From Varibaculum sp. (GTDB taxonomy: Bacteria > Actinomycetota > Actinomycetes > Actinomycetales > Actinomycetaceae), in assembly GCA_034090045.1 (NCBI GenBank), contig JAXDTI010000001.1, positions 7,092-71,091 on the forward strand: a stretch of DNA of 64,000 nt. Reading direction: 5' to 3'. Under the pieces are notes generated by a model, which was not told the origin of the DNA, made no database searches, and was given only the letters and a program-made list of their open reading frames with translations. The stretch's first letter is position 1; every line of letters begins with the position of its first letter. Made by a program: the position numbers and the translations under genes. Shown here one piece after another: positions 6,629 through 16,269 of this stretch.

Positions 6629-8163
6629 TGCGTCGCGTACCGATTTCTAAACGCACCCTCCCGGATGCGCAACCCGAACCACTGAACGCCAGCCTCGAAA
6701 CTGTGTCTTTCCGATACGCGGCAGCTAACACTCCGGCTATTAAAAGCATTGATATACAGGTTCCAGCCGGCCAATTTGTGTTACTCACCGGTCCGAGCGG
6801 GGGCGGAAAATCTACGGTTCTGCGACTGTGTAACGGCCTGATTCCGCACTATAACGATGGGGAAATGACCGGTCAAGTCCGGCTGGAAACGAGCAAGACA
6901 AGTCTGGACCCGCAAGTCGCTCCACTGTGGGAGACCGGAGGACAGGTCGCAATGGTTTTCCAAAACCCACGCACCCAGTTCTACACCACCGACTCCACTT
7001 CCGAGATAGCGTTTGCACTGGAAAATCGCGGTATTGAACCAGCCGTGATTCGGCAACGCATAAGCACGACTGCCGCCGAAATGGAAATTGAGGGACTGCT
7101 GGGTCGCTCAATGTTTTCTTTTTCTGGTGGCGAACTGCAACTAATCGCCTGCGCCTCCGCGCGGGTCGCGACCCCGCGCCTATATCTCTTTGACGAACCC
7201 ACATCGAACCTTTCTGAAGAGGCGATCGAGAGTTTCAGCAAAGTCTTGGCAGATCTCAAAGCAACCGGAAACACGGTGCTCATTGCTGAACATCGCCTGT
7301 ATTTCCTTGAAGGTTTAATTGACCGTGCCCTGATAATTGATGGCGACGTGCGCGCCGATATGTCGGGGACAGACTTTTTTGCAATGAATAACGATACGCG
7401 CACCAGTTTCGGATTGCGTCAATTACAGCGCCCGCAGATTGAACTCTCGGCCGAACAGGTACCACTAGGCTCCAACGCGATACCCGTACCCACCGTGACC
7501 GTCCCCCGGGCGCAGTGCCCCGAAACCGATTCTCCCAGTGGACTGGCACTCGAGGCTGTGCGCGCGAAATACGGGCGACGTGTCGTGTGGGACATCGCTA
7601 ACCTGTTTTTTTCTCGCGGTCAGGTAACCGCTGTTACCGGCTCGAACGGCATCGGAAAATCGACTTTGGCGGCGGTGATAACCGGCCTGAAGAAAGCTAA
7701 AGGTGGCACCATCAGCCTGGACGGAAAGGTTTTGAGTGAGAAACAGCGGGTGCATTGCAGCTACCTGGTGATGCAGGATGTACATCGGCAGCTCTTTGCC
7801 GATTCGGTGCGTGCCGAAATCACGCTCGGTCTGGAACGCTCCGGTGCCGCGCCGCTCAACGACGAAGCGGTCGATACCCTGCTGAAGCGTTTTAACCTGC
7901 TGCAATACGCCGATCGGCACCCGTTGAGTCTCTCTGGCGGGCAGAAACAGCGCCTGGTGATTGCGTCAGCGGTTGCGTCGCAGCGCGAAGTGTATGTTTT
8001 CGATGAACCGAGTTCTGGTCTGGATCGGCGGCACCTGGAGGGGGTGGCGGCGGCACTGCGAGAACTAGCGAGAGAAAACAAGGTCGTAATCTTGATAACC
8101 CACGACCCGGAACTGATAAACGCCTGTGCCGACCGGCACCTGCAGCTCACCAACGGACATTAA
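6628..8163 (+). CDS. ECF transporter ATPase, fused EcfA1-EcfA2 (two ABC domains)
   Basis: There are two Walker A motifs (GPSGGGKST, GSNGIGKST), two signature motifs (FSGGELQ, LSGGQKQ) and two Walker B motifs (LYLFDEP, VYVFDEP). Confidence 0.9.
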   Translation: MRRVPISKRTLPDAQPEPLNASLETVSFRYAAANTPAIKSIDIQVPAGQFVLLTGPSGGGKSTVLRLCNGLIPHYNDGEMTGQVRLETSKTSLDPQVAPLWETGGQVAMVFQNPRTQFYTTDSTSEIAFALENRGIEPAVIRQRISTTAAEMEIEGLLGRSMFSFSGGELQLIACASARVATPRLYLFDEPTSNLSEEAIESFSKVLADLKATGNTVLIAEHRLYFLEGLIDRALIIDGDVRADMSGTDFFAMNNDTRTSFGLRQLQRPQIELSAEQVPLGSNAIPVPTVTVPRAQCPETDSPSGLALEAVRAKYGRRVVWDIANLFFSRGQVTAVTGSNGIGKSTLAAVITGLKKAKGGTISLDGKVLSEKQRVHCSYLVMQDVHRQLFADSVRAEITLGLERSGAAPLNDEAVDTLLKRFNLLQYADRHPLSLSGGQKQRLVIASAVASQREVYVFDEPSSGLDRRHLEGVAAALRELARENKVVILITHDPELINACADRHLQLTNGH

Positions 8164-8168
8164 CAGGG

Positions 8169-8699
8169 TCAGCTGAGGCCTTTCTGAAAATCCCTCATGG
8201 CGCGTTGCGCCTCACGGTTATCCTGTTTTTGACGCAGCGTCTGACGCTTGTCCCACTCCTGTTTGCCGCGTGCCAGAGCCAGCGACAGTTTCGCTCGTCC
8301 ACGCACAAAATACAGTTCCAGCGGCACAATCGTGTAACCTTTTGCCTGCACCCCACGCTCCAGGCGCGCAATCTCAGCGGAGTGCAACAGCAGTTTACGT
8401 TTCCGATAGGGGACGTGATTCGTCCATGACCCATTAACATATTCGGGAATGTGGGCGTGCTGCAGCCACGCCTCACCTCCCTCAATCTCGATCCAGGATT
8501 CGGCGAGTGACGCGCGCCCCATCCGCAGCGCTTTCACCTCGGTTCCGCGCAGCGACAACCCCGCCTCAAAACGCTCCTCAAGTGCATAGTCATGTGATGC
8601 ACGGCGGTTCCGGGCAATTATTTTCTTCGCGTCCGATTCGGCATTGGCGCGCGCGGCAGCTGAAGCAGATACGCCAGCTTTCTTCCATCCTTTCGGCAT
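8169..8699 (-). CDS. smpB: SsrA-binding protein SmpB
   Basis: Matching segments include ...IARNRRASHDYALEERFEAGLSLRGTEVKALR...YRKRKLLLH...GYTIVPLELYF. The ATG at 8699 has GGAGGGGG upstream. The track ORF extends 15 codons further. Confidence 0.92.
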   Translation of the reverse strand: MPKGWKKAGVSASAAARANAESDAKKIIARNRRASHDYALEERFEAGLSLRGTEVKALRMGRASLAESWIEIEGGEAWLQHAHIPEYVNGSWTNHVPYRKRKLLLHSAEIARLERGVQAKGYTIVPLELYFVRGRAKLSLALARGKQEWDKRQTLRQKQDNREAQRAMRDFQKGLS

Positions 8700-8781
8700 A
8701 ACACACCCCCTCCGGTCGCTAGTTACGGTGACAAACACAGCCACCGATTCGGGTTACATCGGCAGTCAACCCGACTAAAGG

Positions 8782-10083
8782 CTACATCATCGACATCGGG
8801 TTGATTGTTATGCCGTTCTTCCATATCTCGTAGTGAGTGTGACATCCGGTAGAGTTACCAGTTGTTCCCGTATAACCGATTACTTGCCCTTTATTCACGT
8901 GCTGACCAGAAAAAACAGCAAAAGAAGTGAAATGCCTGTGGACAGTCTGCCAAGATGATCCACCGATGACACCATGGTTTATGTATACGCTGTTTCCACC
9001 TGACCCATCATATAAAGCTGCAGTCACCGTACCTGATGCGGTAGCATACTGCGGCACTCCGCAATTTGCAGCCAAATCAACCCCCTGATGCAGCTCTGTG
9101 TATCCCAAAACAGGGTTTACTCGCCAACCGTATGATGAGGTGACATTCAGTGCACCATCAATCGGGTGACGAAAAATACCTCCACCTCCTGAATAATTCG
9201 AGTACACCGGTGTTACCGGCCCTACCGGTGTTACCGGTTTTGTCCGCTGACTATTTGCCCAGTTGCGAGCATCTATTTCACTGATGCGACTCTGAGCTTC
9301 CTGTTGTTCTCGCCTGGCGTTGGCTAAATCGGATTCCAGGTTTTTCTTTTGGGAATCTAGTTGAGTCTTTGCCGCTGACTTTTGCTGAACAATATCGTTA
9401 TAGGTTTCATAGCTGGTCTGTTTGTCAGCAGCGGCGTCCTGCGCATCTTTCAAGGCCGCATCAGCGTCCTTCTTCAAATCCGCTACCTGGTCTTTCAAGG
9501 ACTGCAACCGGTTTTGCTGATTACGTGACAGTGCCAACGCGTTTTCAACTTTCGTCATTTTTTGGCTCTGCAACTGCGCAGCCAGGTCGCGCGAAAAAGC
9601 CACTTTCGCGAAATCATCAGTGGTTTTCGCGGTGGTAGCTAATGCTATTAACGAAAATTCTCCACCGCTCTGATAGGTCTGTCGCGCCAGCTCCCCCACG
9701 GTTTTCATATCTCCGCCGAGCTTGTCCTCGTTACTCGCTACCTGCTCGTTCACTTCTGACAGGTCCGCTTGCGCGATCTCCAGCTGGTCTTGAATAATCT
9801 GTTGTTTACGCAGCGCATCGGCTTCTTTAGTTTTGGCGTCAGTGAGGTTGATTTCGGCATCGGCCAGGTCAATCTCAGACTGCTGTAATGCGATGGCAGC
9901 ATCCGCCAGGTTGGTGTTCACTGAGTCCAGAGACCCCTGCAACTGGTTCATGGTTTGTTGTGCCTTATCCCGACGGTTGACGGCGTCGGAGCGCTCATCG
10001 GCGAGCGCCATTGGCATACCCAGCCCGAAGCAGACCAGCAGCACTATTACTATCGCCAGTATTCGGCGCGTTTTCCCGCTCAT
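8782..10083 (-). CDS. Secreted coiled-coil M23 family peptidoglycan metalloendopeptidase (EnvC/PcsB-like architecture)
   Basis: N-terminal signal/TM, a ~250-aa heptad-rich region, and a C-terminal M23 domain (HQGVDLAA ... GCHTHYEI). It lies directly downstream of ftsEX. Confidence 0.85.
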   Translation of the reverse strand: MSGKTRRILAIVIVLLVCFGLGMPMALADERSDAVNRRDKAQQTMNQLQGSLDSVNTNLADAAIALQQSEIDLADAEINLTDAKTKEADALRKQQIIQDQLEIAQADLSEVNEQVASNEDKLGGDMKTVGELARQTYQSGGEFSLIALATTAKTTDDFAKVAFSRDLAAQLQSQKMTKVENALALSRNQQNRLQSLKDQVADLKKDADAALKDAQDAAADKQTSYETYNDIVQQKSAAKTQLDSQKKNLESDLANARREQQEAQSRISEIDARNWANSQRTKPVTPVGPVTPVYSNYSGGGGIFRHPIDGALNVTSSYGWRVNPVLGYTELHQGVDLAANCGVPQYATASGTVTAALYDGSGGNSVYINHGVIGGSSWQTVHRHFTSFAVFSGQHVNKGQVIGYTGTTGNSTGCHTHYEIWKNGITINPMSMM

Positions 10084-10150
10084 TTGACCTCCTCCTAGCT
10101 CCTGTACCGGCTCACCTTACACGGTGTTTCATAGGTTCGCATTTCCAGAC

Positions 10151-11065
10151 CTATACTTTCGCGTATTTCGCCAGCGACACCGCACTTGCCAGCATCGCCA
10201 ACAGGATCGCCGCCACAATCAGGATCGGGGACACAATCCAAACTTCCAGGTCGCCAATGAATTTGATTGATGGGAAGGCTTTCGCGAGCCACCCCTGGAT
10301 GAACATTGTGGACTCTAGCCAGATGCCGCCAACTGCGAGTACCGCGCCGATGAGTGCGGCGATCGCCCCCTCAATCATGAACGGCAACTGCACGAACAGG
10401 TTTGATGCCCCGACAAGCCGCATAATCGAGGTTTCTTTCTCGCGGCTCATCGCCGAGAGCCGGATTGTAGTAGTGATGAGCAAGATTGCGGCTATCACCA
10501 TCAACATGGCGAGCCCCCAAGAGACCAGAGTCGCATTGTTCAAGGCTTTCAACAGCGGTTCAACGATTGCGCGCTGGTCTTGAACCATTTCAACGCCGGG
10601 GCGTCCCTCCAGGTCAGAAGCGATTATTTCATAGTCGTTCGGATCCTTCAGTTTGATTCGGAACGACTCAGGCATCATATCAACGGTTGTGACCTCGCCG
10701 ATCACGGTGTCCCCGTACAGATCCATGAAGTCTTTATAGGTGTCTTTTTTGCTCAGGTGATAGACCTGTTTCACATACGGGCCCAGGTCGCTGGAGCTGA
10801 GACGTTCACGCACGTCAGCTACCTGCCGGGTGGTTGCCTCTTCACCGTTGCAATTCTTCGCGGAGTCGTCCTTCGCGCACATGTAGACATTGACTTCGAC
10901 TTTCGCGTACCACTGGGTTTTAAGCTGAGTTATTTGCAGCTGCGCGAGGATACCGGTACCGACGAAAAGCAGCGACACACAGGTTACGAGAATAACCGAG
11001 ACGGTCATCGCGAAGTTATGACCGAGACCCTTGAAGACCTGCCCCATTACGAATCGAAAACGCAT
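10151..11065 (-). CDS. ftsX: Cell division permease-like protein FtsX
   Basis: 304 aa with 4 TM helices and a large first extracellular loop. It starts 2 nt after the ftsE stop. Confidence 0.9.
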   Translation of the reverse strand: MRFRFVMGQVFKGLGHNFAMTVSVILVTCVSLLFVGTGILAQLQITQLKTQWYAKVEVNVYMCAKDDSAKNCNGEEATTRQVADVRERLSSSDLGPYVKQVYHLSKKDTYKDFMDLYGDTVIGEVTTVDMMPESFRIKLKDPNDYEIIASDLEGRPGVEMVQDQRAIVEPLLKALNNATLVSWGLAMLMVIAAILLITTTIRLSAMSREKETSIMRLVGASNLFVQLPFMIEGAIAALIGAVLAVGGIWLESTMFIQGWLAKAFPSIKFIGDLEVWIVSPILIVAAILLAMLASAVSLAKYAKV

Positions 11066-11067
11066 GA

Positions 11068-11760
11068 CTATCTCGCCTCCCCGTAGACACCGCCGGCTTG
11101 GTCACGCACGACTTTCCCGTCTACCAGCTCGATCACTCGTTGCCGCATCTGGTTGACTATCTCGATGTCGTGGGTCGCCATAACCACGGTTGTGCCGCCA
11201 CGGTTGTTAATACGCGCGAGTAACCTCATAATCCCCATCGAAGTTTTTTGATCCAGGTTACCGGTCGGCTCATCGGCAAGCAGGATTTTTGGTTTATTCA
11301 CCATCGCACGTGCAATCGCGACACGCTGTTGTTCACCCCCGGAAAGCTCATGCGGCATACGTTTTTCTTTGCCACCGAGACCGAATTGTTCGAGAATTTC
11401 CGGTACTTTGGTTTTGATTTCGCGTTTTGGACGCCCAATCACCTGTAGTGCGAGCGCCACATTGTCGAACACGTTTTTATTGTCGAGCAGTTTGAAGTCC
11501 TGAAAGACCGTTCCGACTTCCCGACGCAGCTGCGGCACTTTCCATCGTGACAGTTTGCCGACATCGCGCCCAAGCACCAGAACCTTACCCTTTGTCGGGC
11601 GGTTCTCCCTGATGAGCAGGGACAAGAACGTTGATTTCCCGGATCCGGACTCACCGACCAGGAACACGAATTCTCCGCGTTTGATTTCGAGGTTCACCTC
11701 GGAGAGCGCCGGTCTTGCGCCTCGCTTATAAACCTTGGTAACTCCATCAAATTTGATCAT
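11068..11760 (-). CDS. ftsE: Cell division ATP-binding protein FtsE
   Basis: Walker [10 protein letters not shown], signature LSGGEQQR, Walker [13 protein letters not shown]. Confidence 0.93.
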   Translation of the reverse strand: MIKFDGVTKVYKRGARPALSEVNLEIKRGEFVFLVGESGSGKSTFLSLLIRENRPTKGKVLVLGRDVGKLSRWKVPQLRREVGTVFQDFKLLDNKNVFDNVALALQVIGRPKREIKTKVPEILEQFGLGGKEKRMPHELSGGEQQRVAIARAMVNKPKILLADEPTGNLDQKTSMGIMRLLARINNRGGTTVVMATHDIEIVNQMRQRVIELVDGKVVRDQAGGVYGEAR

Positions 11761-11880
11761 CTGTAATTCATCCCCGGGTTGCAGTTTTCAGGCAAAAGCC
11801 TACGCAAAACAGGGCTGTATTCCGTCTAAGACACGCAGCATAAACCTAAACAACCAAGGTTATATGAGAATTTTATAGGC

Positions 11881-12999
11881 TCAGGCTTCGCCACCACCGG
11901 CTGCCCGCCACCTGATACCGGCATCTATGAATCCGTCAATGTCTCCATCGAACACCGCATCCGGGTTCGAGGATTCATACCCGGTACGCAGATCCTTTAC
12001 CAGCTGTTGACCGTAGAGAAAATAGGATCGCATCTGATCTCCCCAGGAGGCCTTTACATCTCCGGCCAGCTCCTTCTTTTTCGCCTGTTCTTCCTCGTGG
12101 CGACGCTGCAGCAGACGCGACTGTAGCACTCGTAACGCGGCAGCTCGGTTTTGGATTTGGGATTTTTCGTTTTGCATCGACACGACGATCCCGGTCGGAA
12201 TGTGGGTCATGCGCACAGCAGAATCGGTGGTGTTAACGGACTGTCCGCCCGGCCCGGAGGAACGAAACACGTCAATTTTCAGGTCGGTTTCCGGTATTTC
12301 AATATGGTCTGTGGTCTCAATCACCGGGATTACTTCAACGGCGGCGAACGAGGTTTGCCGTTTCCCGGCAGCGTTAAAGGGGCTGACTCGCGCGAGCCGG
12401 TGGGTGCCGGCTTCAACTGAGAGCCGCCCGTATGCGTATGGTGCGTCCACCTCGAAAGTCGCCGATTTGATGCCCGCCTCTTCAGCATAGGAGGTGTCCA
12501 TCACCTTGGTTGGATACCCGTTGCGCTCAGCCCAGCGTAAATACATTCTGACCAGCATCTCTGCGAAATCAGCGGCATCTACTCCGCCGGCACCGGAACG
12601 GATAGTGACCACCGCGGCACGCTCGTCATATTCGCCGCTGAGCAGTGTCTGAATCTGCAAGGCCGCCAGCGCTTCCCTGGTTTTTTCGAGTTCTTTGTCG
12701 AGGTCCGCATAGATTTCTGCGGCTTCTTCTCCCTCGGATTCGAACGCCATTTCAAGCATAGCGTCGAGGTCTTCTACGCGTTGTCTCATGTTGTCGAGGC
12801 GCCCCAAATCGGCTTGCAGATGCGACAGTCGCGCCGTAACCGACTGGGCTTTATCCTGGTCATCCCATAAATCAGGGGATGCGGCTTCCTCGGATAGTGC
12901 GGCGATTTTTTCGCGTAACTCTTTCGGGCGCGCGACCGCCAAAACGTTTTCGAGCTCTCGATGCAGCTGCGCTATCTCCTGACCGTAATCCGTTCTCAC
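11881..12999 (-). CDS. prfB: Peptide chain release factor 2
   Basis: The SPF tripeptide (RVSPFNA) and GGQ motif (GPGGQSVN) are present. It is a single uninterrupted ORF. Confidence 0.94.
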   Translation of the reverse strand: MRTDYGQEIAQLHRELENVLAVARPKELREKIAALSEEAASPDLWDDQDKAQSVTARLSHLQADLGRLDNMRQRVEDLDAMLEMAFESEGEEAAEIYADLDKELEKTREALAALQIQTLLSGEYDERAAVVTIRSGAGGVDAADFAEMLVRMYLRWAERNGYPTKVMDTSYAEEAGIKSATFEVDAPYAYGRLSVEAGTHRLARVSPFNAAGKRQTSFAAVEVIPVIETTDHIEIPETDLKIDVFRSSGPGGQSVNTTDSAVRMTHIPTGIVVSMQNEKSQIQNRAAALRVLQSRLLQRRHEEEQAKKKELAGDVKASWGDQMRSYFLYGQQLVKDLRTGYESSNPDAVFDGDIDGFIDAGIRWRAAGGGEA

Positions 13000-13054
13000 C
13001 TATCCAGGTTATACGAAACCCTCCAGACGACCCGATTCTGCATAGTTTTCGCGC

Positions 13055-13513
13055 TCACTGATTCGACATATAGGCAGCGTGGGCGCTGGATTCTACCGTG
13101 ATTGGCATTGTTAGGGCGGCATCCAGAAAGCGCGGCATCCAGGGGAGGGGTATTTCTGCTTGCGCCCGAACGGTTATGACCCCGCCGTCTGTGTTCACCG
13201 ATACCACCTGGAAAGCTCGTAGCGAGCCGAGCTGTTCGGCGGGCAAGGAGTGGGCGAGTTTTGTGACGTGTTCGGTGGTTTCCTGTTGATTAACAGCCGC
13301 GTCGGCTCCTGTATAGTAGCTTCTCGTGAATAGTTCTTGAACAGCAGATACTGCCAATTCGTCAGTGATCCCGAGCATCCTTACACGCCCGATTTCGGCT
13401 GCGGCGATCGCGGTTTGGACTGCTATCACCGCGACCAGCAGCACCAGCATCCCGATGGCTAGCACGGTTACTCGACCGTCCTCTTCGCGTATCCGGTGCG
13501 CAGCTGAAATCAC
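13055..13513 (-). CDS. Tad pilus minor pilin/assembly protein (TadG/Rv3654c-like)
   Basis: 152 aa with an N-terminal hydrophobic helix. It is the last gene of the tad operon and overlaps the preceding TadE gene by 4 nt. Confidence 0.55.
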   Translation of the reverse strand: MISAAHRIREEDGRVTVLAIGMLVLLVAVIAVQTAIAAAEIGRVRMLGITDELAVSAVQELFTRSYYTGADAAVNQQETTEHVTKLAHSLPAEQLGSLRAFQVVSVNTDGGVITVRAQAEIPLPWMPRFLDAALTMPITVESSAHAAYMSNQ

Positions 13514-13929
13514 TGTTGAACTCCGGTGATATCCGGCTTGGGGATGACAGTAGCAGAACGCACCTCGATATCGGTTTTCAGTGCGGAAGTGAGAAAATCA
13601 GGTATCAGTGGCATCTTTATCCGCGCTGTCACCGTTAACTGTTCGGTTTTCGCTGTGCAGGGTTCCGGGCAGTAACGTTCCCACCGGTATCCCCGCTCTA
13701 TTCCGAAATCGCTATAGACCATATTGACTGCTTCATCTATGCGTTCAGGGTCGAAACGTGCCACCCTTCCTGCTTCACGAGCAGCGTATTGCGTTGCATA
13801 GTTTACGGTCTCTATCTGCGATAACGCCGTAATGAGGTACAGTAGCGGAACCAGCATCATAACTGCGACGACAACGAATTCGATTGCCGCTGAGCCCTCT
13901 TCGCCACCCAGCCTGGCGCGGTGTTTCAC
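13510..13929 (-). CDS. TadE-like pseudopilin
   Basis: The N-terminal EGSAAIEFVVVAVMMLVPLL motif is typical of the TadE family. Confidence 0.7.
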   Translation of the reverse strand: MKHRARLGGEEGSAAIEFVVVAVMMLVPLLYLITALSQIETVNYATQYAAREAGRVARFDPERIDEAVNMVYSDFGIERGYRWERYCPEPCTAKTEQLTVTARIKMPLIPDFLTSALKTDIEVRSATVIPKPDITGVQQ

Positions 13930-14333
13930 TGTGGCTCCCGGAATGCTCGCGCGCTAGTTTCTAGGGTGCCGGGAACCCCCCACGGCCCGATTATCGGCAC
14001 TGCCGCTCGCAGCTTGACCGTGACTATTTCTCGCCCCCGTACCGAACTGACCTGCACATCCATTTTGGGTTGTTGTGCCCCAGGTAGCAGCTGAACCATG
14101 AGGTGTTCAATCCTCGCCCGCCCCTCTTCCGGGGTGCCGCCGACGAGAGCGACCCGCCGGGCAGCCTCGCCACTGACCGCCACCATTGTGGCACGTACGT
14201 GTCCGGCATATCCGACCTGTAACAGCGCCAGAGTCAGGAACACAACCATAACGATGGTGAGCAGCGACTCAACCAGTGTTGAGCCAGTTTCGTTGCGGCT
14301 TATGAAGCCTGACTGGACGACCTGCTCACACAT
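13926..14333 (-). CDS. TadE-like pseudopilin
   Basis: N-terminal ETGSTLVESLLTIVMVVFLTLALLQ; its start overlaps the pilin ORF stop. Confidence 0.62.
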   Translation of the reverse strand: MCEQVVQSGFISRNETGSTLVESLLTIVMVVFLTLALLQVGYAGHVRATMVAVSGEAARRVALVGGTPEEGRARIEHLMVQLLPGAQQPKMDVQVSSVRGREIVTVKLRAAVPIIGPWGVPGTLETSARAFREPQ

Positions 14334-14493
14334 TCGTCACAGTGGCGATCGCGTGGTTAAACATGTCGATCAGCGCTGGACGGGCGAGCGCCCAAACTGC
14401 CGCTACCAGCCCAGCTGTCATCAAAGTGACCATGACCCACCCCGGCACGTCTCCCTGTTCCTCCAACAGGTTCGCATGGTTTTTCGTCTCCAT
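14326..14493 (-). CDS. Flp-type pilin-like small protein (DUF4244/Rv3656c-like)
   Basis: 55-aa ORF missing from the track: METKNHANLLEEQGDVPGWVMVTLMTAGLVAAVWALARPALIDMFNHAIATVTNV. AAAGGAG lies 5 nt before the ATG. It sits between tadC and the TadE genes, as in actinobacterial tad loci. Confidence 0.55.
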   Translation of the reverse strand: METKNHANLLEEQGDVPGWVMVTLMTAGLVAAVWALARPALIDMFNHAIATVTNV

Positions 14494-14523
14494 TACGTCT
14501 CCTTTCTTCTCTGTTTTAAGGTT

Positions 14524-15414
14524 TCAAAAACTCATTTGCATGGCACGCAGGCTCGGATACAGCACAAAAAGAACCGTGAGTGGCAGGATGCCGAAAACTA
14601 CCGGCACCATCATCGCGATTTCGCGTTTTCCGGCCTGTTCCATCAGTTCTTTACGTTGGCTGGTGCGAATATCTATTGCCTGTTCGCGCAGCACCCCAGC
14701 GAGGGGAGTTCCGAGCCTCCCGGCGTTTGACAGGGTGTCGGTCAGCCGAATGAATGATGCAGATTGCACCTGGCGGCCAGCCTGCAGCAACGCCACAACC
14801 AGTGGTGTCCCGGAGTCTACGGCTGCGAGCAGCTGGCGAATCTCGAAACCTATCGGGTCAATACAGGTGGAACAGATTCGCCGCAGTGCCGAATCCAGTG
14901 AGTCTCCGCCGCTGACTGCGAGCGAAAGCAGTTCAGCGAAATCTGGAACCTGTGCTTCCAGATGACGCTGCCGGGTATTCGCCCGAACAGTGAGCATCAG
15001 GTCGGGGGCGAGCGCCCCGGCGACTGCCCCAAAGCTAACCAGCAGTATCGTCAGCTGTGGGGCACGCGAAGCCACAGCCGGGACAACAGCGCACACAACA
15101 CCTATAAAACCGCCTGTTAGCTGCTGTAACCGCAACCTGCCGGGGTCTGGTGTTTCCCCGGCGAACCGCAACCGGCGCGTTATTGAAGCATCGGTCGAAC
15201 CGAATACCCGCAGTGCCCGACGGGAGGAGCGAAGCAGTTCCCCCACCACCACAGACAGCAGCTCGCTCGACCCCTGTCTGCGACAATTGCCGACCCGATA
15301 GCTGCGTATCCGGTTGTAAAGGGTTGCTTCGCGGGCACGGATCGCCGCCAGGATTATCAGCATCCCTGTGGCGAGCAGCACCGACGGCAGCAGATATATC
15401 AGTATTTCAACCAC
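14524..15414 (-). CDS. tadC: Tad pilus inner-membrane platform protein TadC (type II secretion F family)
   Basis: 296-aa polytopic protein in operon position after tadB; T2SS-F-like. Confidence 0.72.
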   Translation of the reverse strand: MVEILIYLLPSVLLATGMLIILAAIRAREATLYNRIRSYRVGNCRRQGSSELLSVVVGELLRSSRRALRVFGSTDASITRRLRFAGETPDPGRLRLQQLTGGFIGVVCAVVPAVASRAPQLTILLVSFGAVAGALAPDLMLTVRANTRQRHLEAQVPDFAELLSLAVSGGDSLDSALRRICSTCIDPIGFEIRQLLAAVDSGTPLVVALLQAGRQVQSASFIRLTDTLSNAGRLGTPLAGVLREQAIDIRTSQRKELMEQAGKREIAMMVPVVFGILPLTVLFVLYPSLRAMQMSF

Positions 15415-15417
15415 TAT

Positions 15418-16269
15418 TCACCGTCCTCCTAGCACTCGTGTCGGTTCCGGGAGCCTCGCTATTGCTTTCATGATCCAATAGCTCACCAGTGACACGGCAA
15501 CCCCGATGAACAGCACTAACAGTCCGGCAGAATCTGTGTATGCTCCGGCAGTCTCGGAGTTCAAAGACAGGACGGCGAGAACTATCCAGGGGGCGACTAC
15601 AGCGAGACGCGCAGAATTGACTGTCCAGGATTGTCGGGCCTCCATTTCGCCGCGGGTGCGCAGGTCGGCACGCGTCATATCTGCGAGTTGCGTGAGCATC
15701 ACAGTTACGTCAGCACCACCCACCCGGTACGCCAGCGCAATAGTTTCCAAAACCCTATCTGACATGGGGTCAGCGAAGCGGGCACGCAATCTGATGAGCG
15801 CTTCCGTGAAAGGCACCTGGGTGCTGAGCATCCGCTGCAGGTACCGGAAATCTTCGCGAGTTTCAACCGGCCCAGTGTTCACCAGCGAAACCATCGTCTC
15901 GGGCAGGCTCATGCCGGCACGAATACCGGAAACAATGGTGTCAATCAGTTCCGGCCAAAGCCTGCGGCGCGTCCGCGACAACCTTTTAACCTGATTTTTT
16001 ACGGCTAGTATAGGTGCCGCCGCGGCAGCCACAGCGGCGATACCCGCGAGCGGCCACGACCCCAGTGTTCCCGCAACCAACAGGGTGGAGACGACAGCGA
16101 GTCCACTGGAGAACGCGACCAGTTGCCAGGGGCTCAAGCTAGCGAGACCTGCGGTTTCCAGTAGTTTTCGGAGTCGATTGCGGGGGTGGCGTACCGGCGG
16201 GTCGGTCACGAGGGAAAGCCACAAGAATGCCACGCCACCTGCCATCAGCAGGGCTGCGGCAATCACCAT
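15418..16269 (-). CDS. tadB: Tad pilus inner-membrane platform protein TadB (type II secretion F family)
   Basis: 283-aa polytopic protein; its ATG overlaps the tadA stop (ATGGTGA). Confidence 0.72.
   Translation of the reverse strand: MVIAAALLMAGGVAFLWLSLVTDPPVRHPRNRLRKLLETAGLASLSPWQLVAFSSGLAVVSTLLVAGTLGSWPLAGIAAVAAAAAPILAVKNQVKRLSRTRRRLWPELIDTIVSGIRAGMSLPETMVSLVNTGPVETREDFRYLQRMLSTQVPFTEALIRLRARFADPMSDRVLETIALAYRVGGADVTVMLTQLADMTRADLRTRGEMEARQSWTVNSARLAVVAPWIVLAVLSLNSETAGAYTDSAGLLVLFIGVAVSLVSYWIMKAIARLPEPTRVLGGR

Noticed and set aside
5686-6774. 362-aa minus-strand ORF covering the ECF S/T genes
   Set aside because: It is antisense to well-supported transporter genes. Its R/A/P/S-rich low-complexity product is typical of spurious long ORFs in GC-rich DNA.
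11881-12999. Programmed +1 frameshift site in prfB
   Set aside because: The gene is a single uninterrupted 372-codon ORF from its start. No early in-frame TGA or CUU-UGA slippery site is seen.
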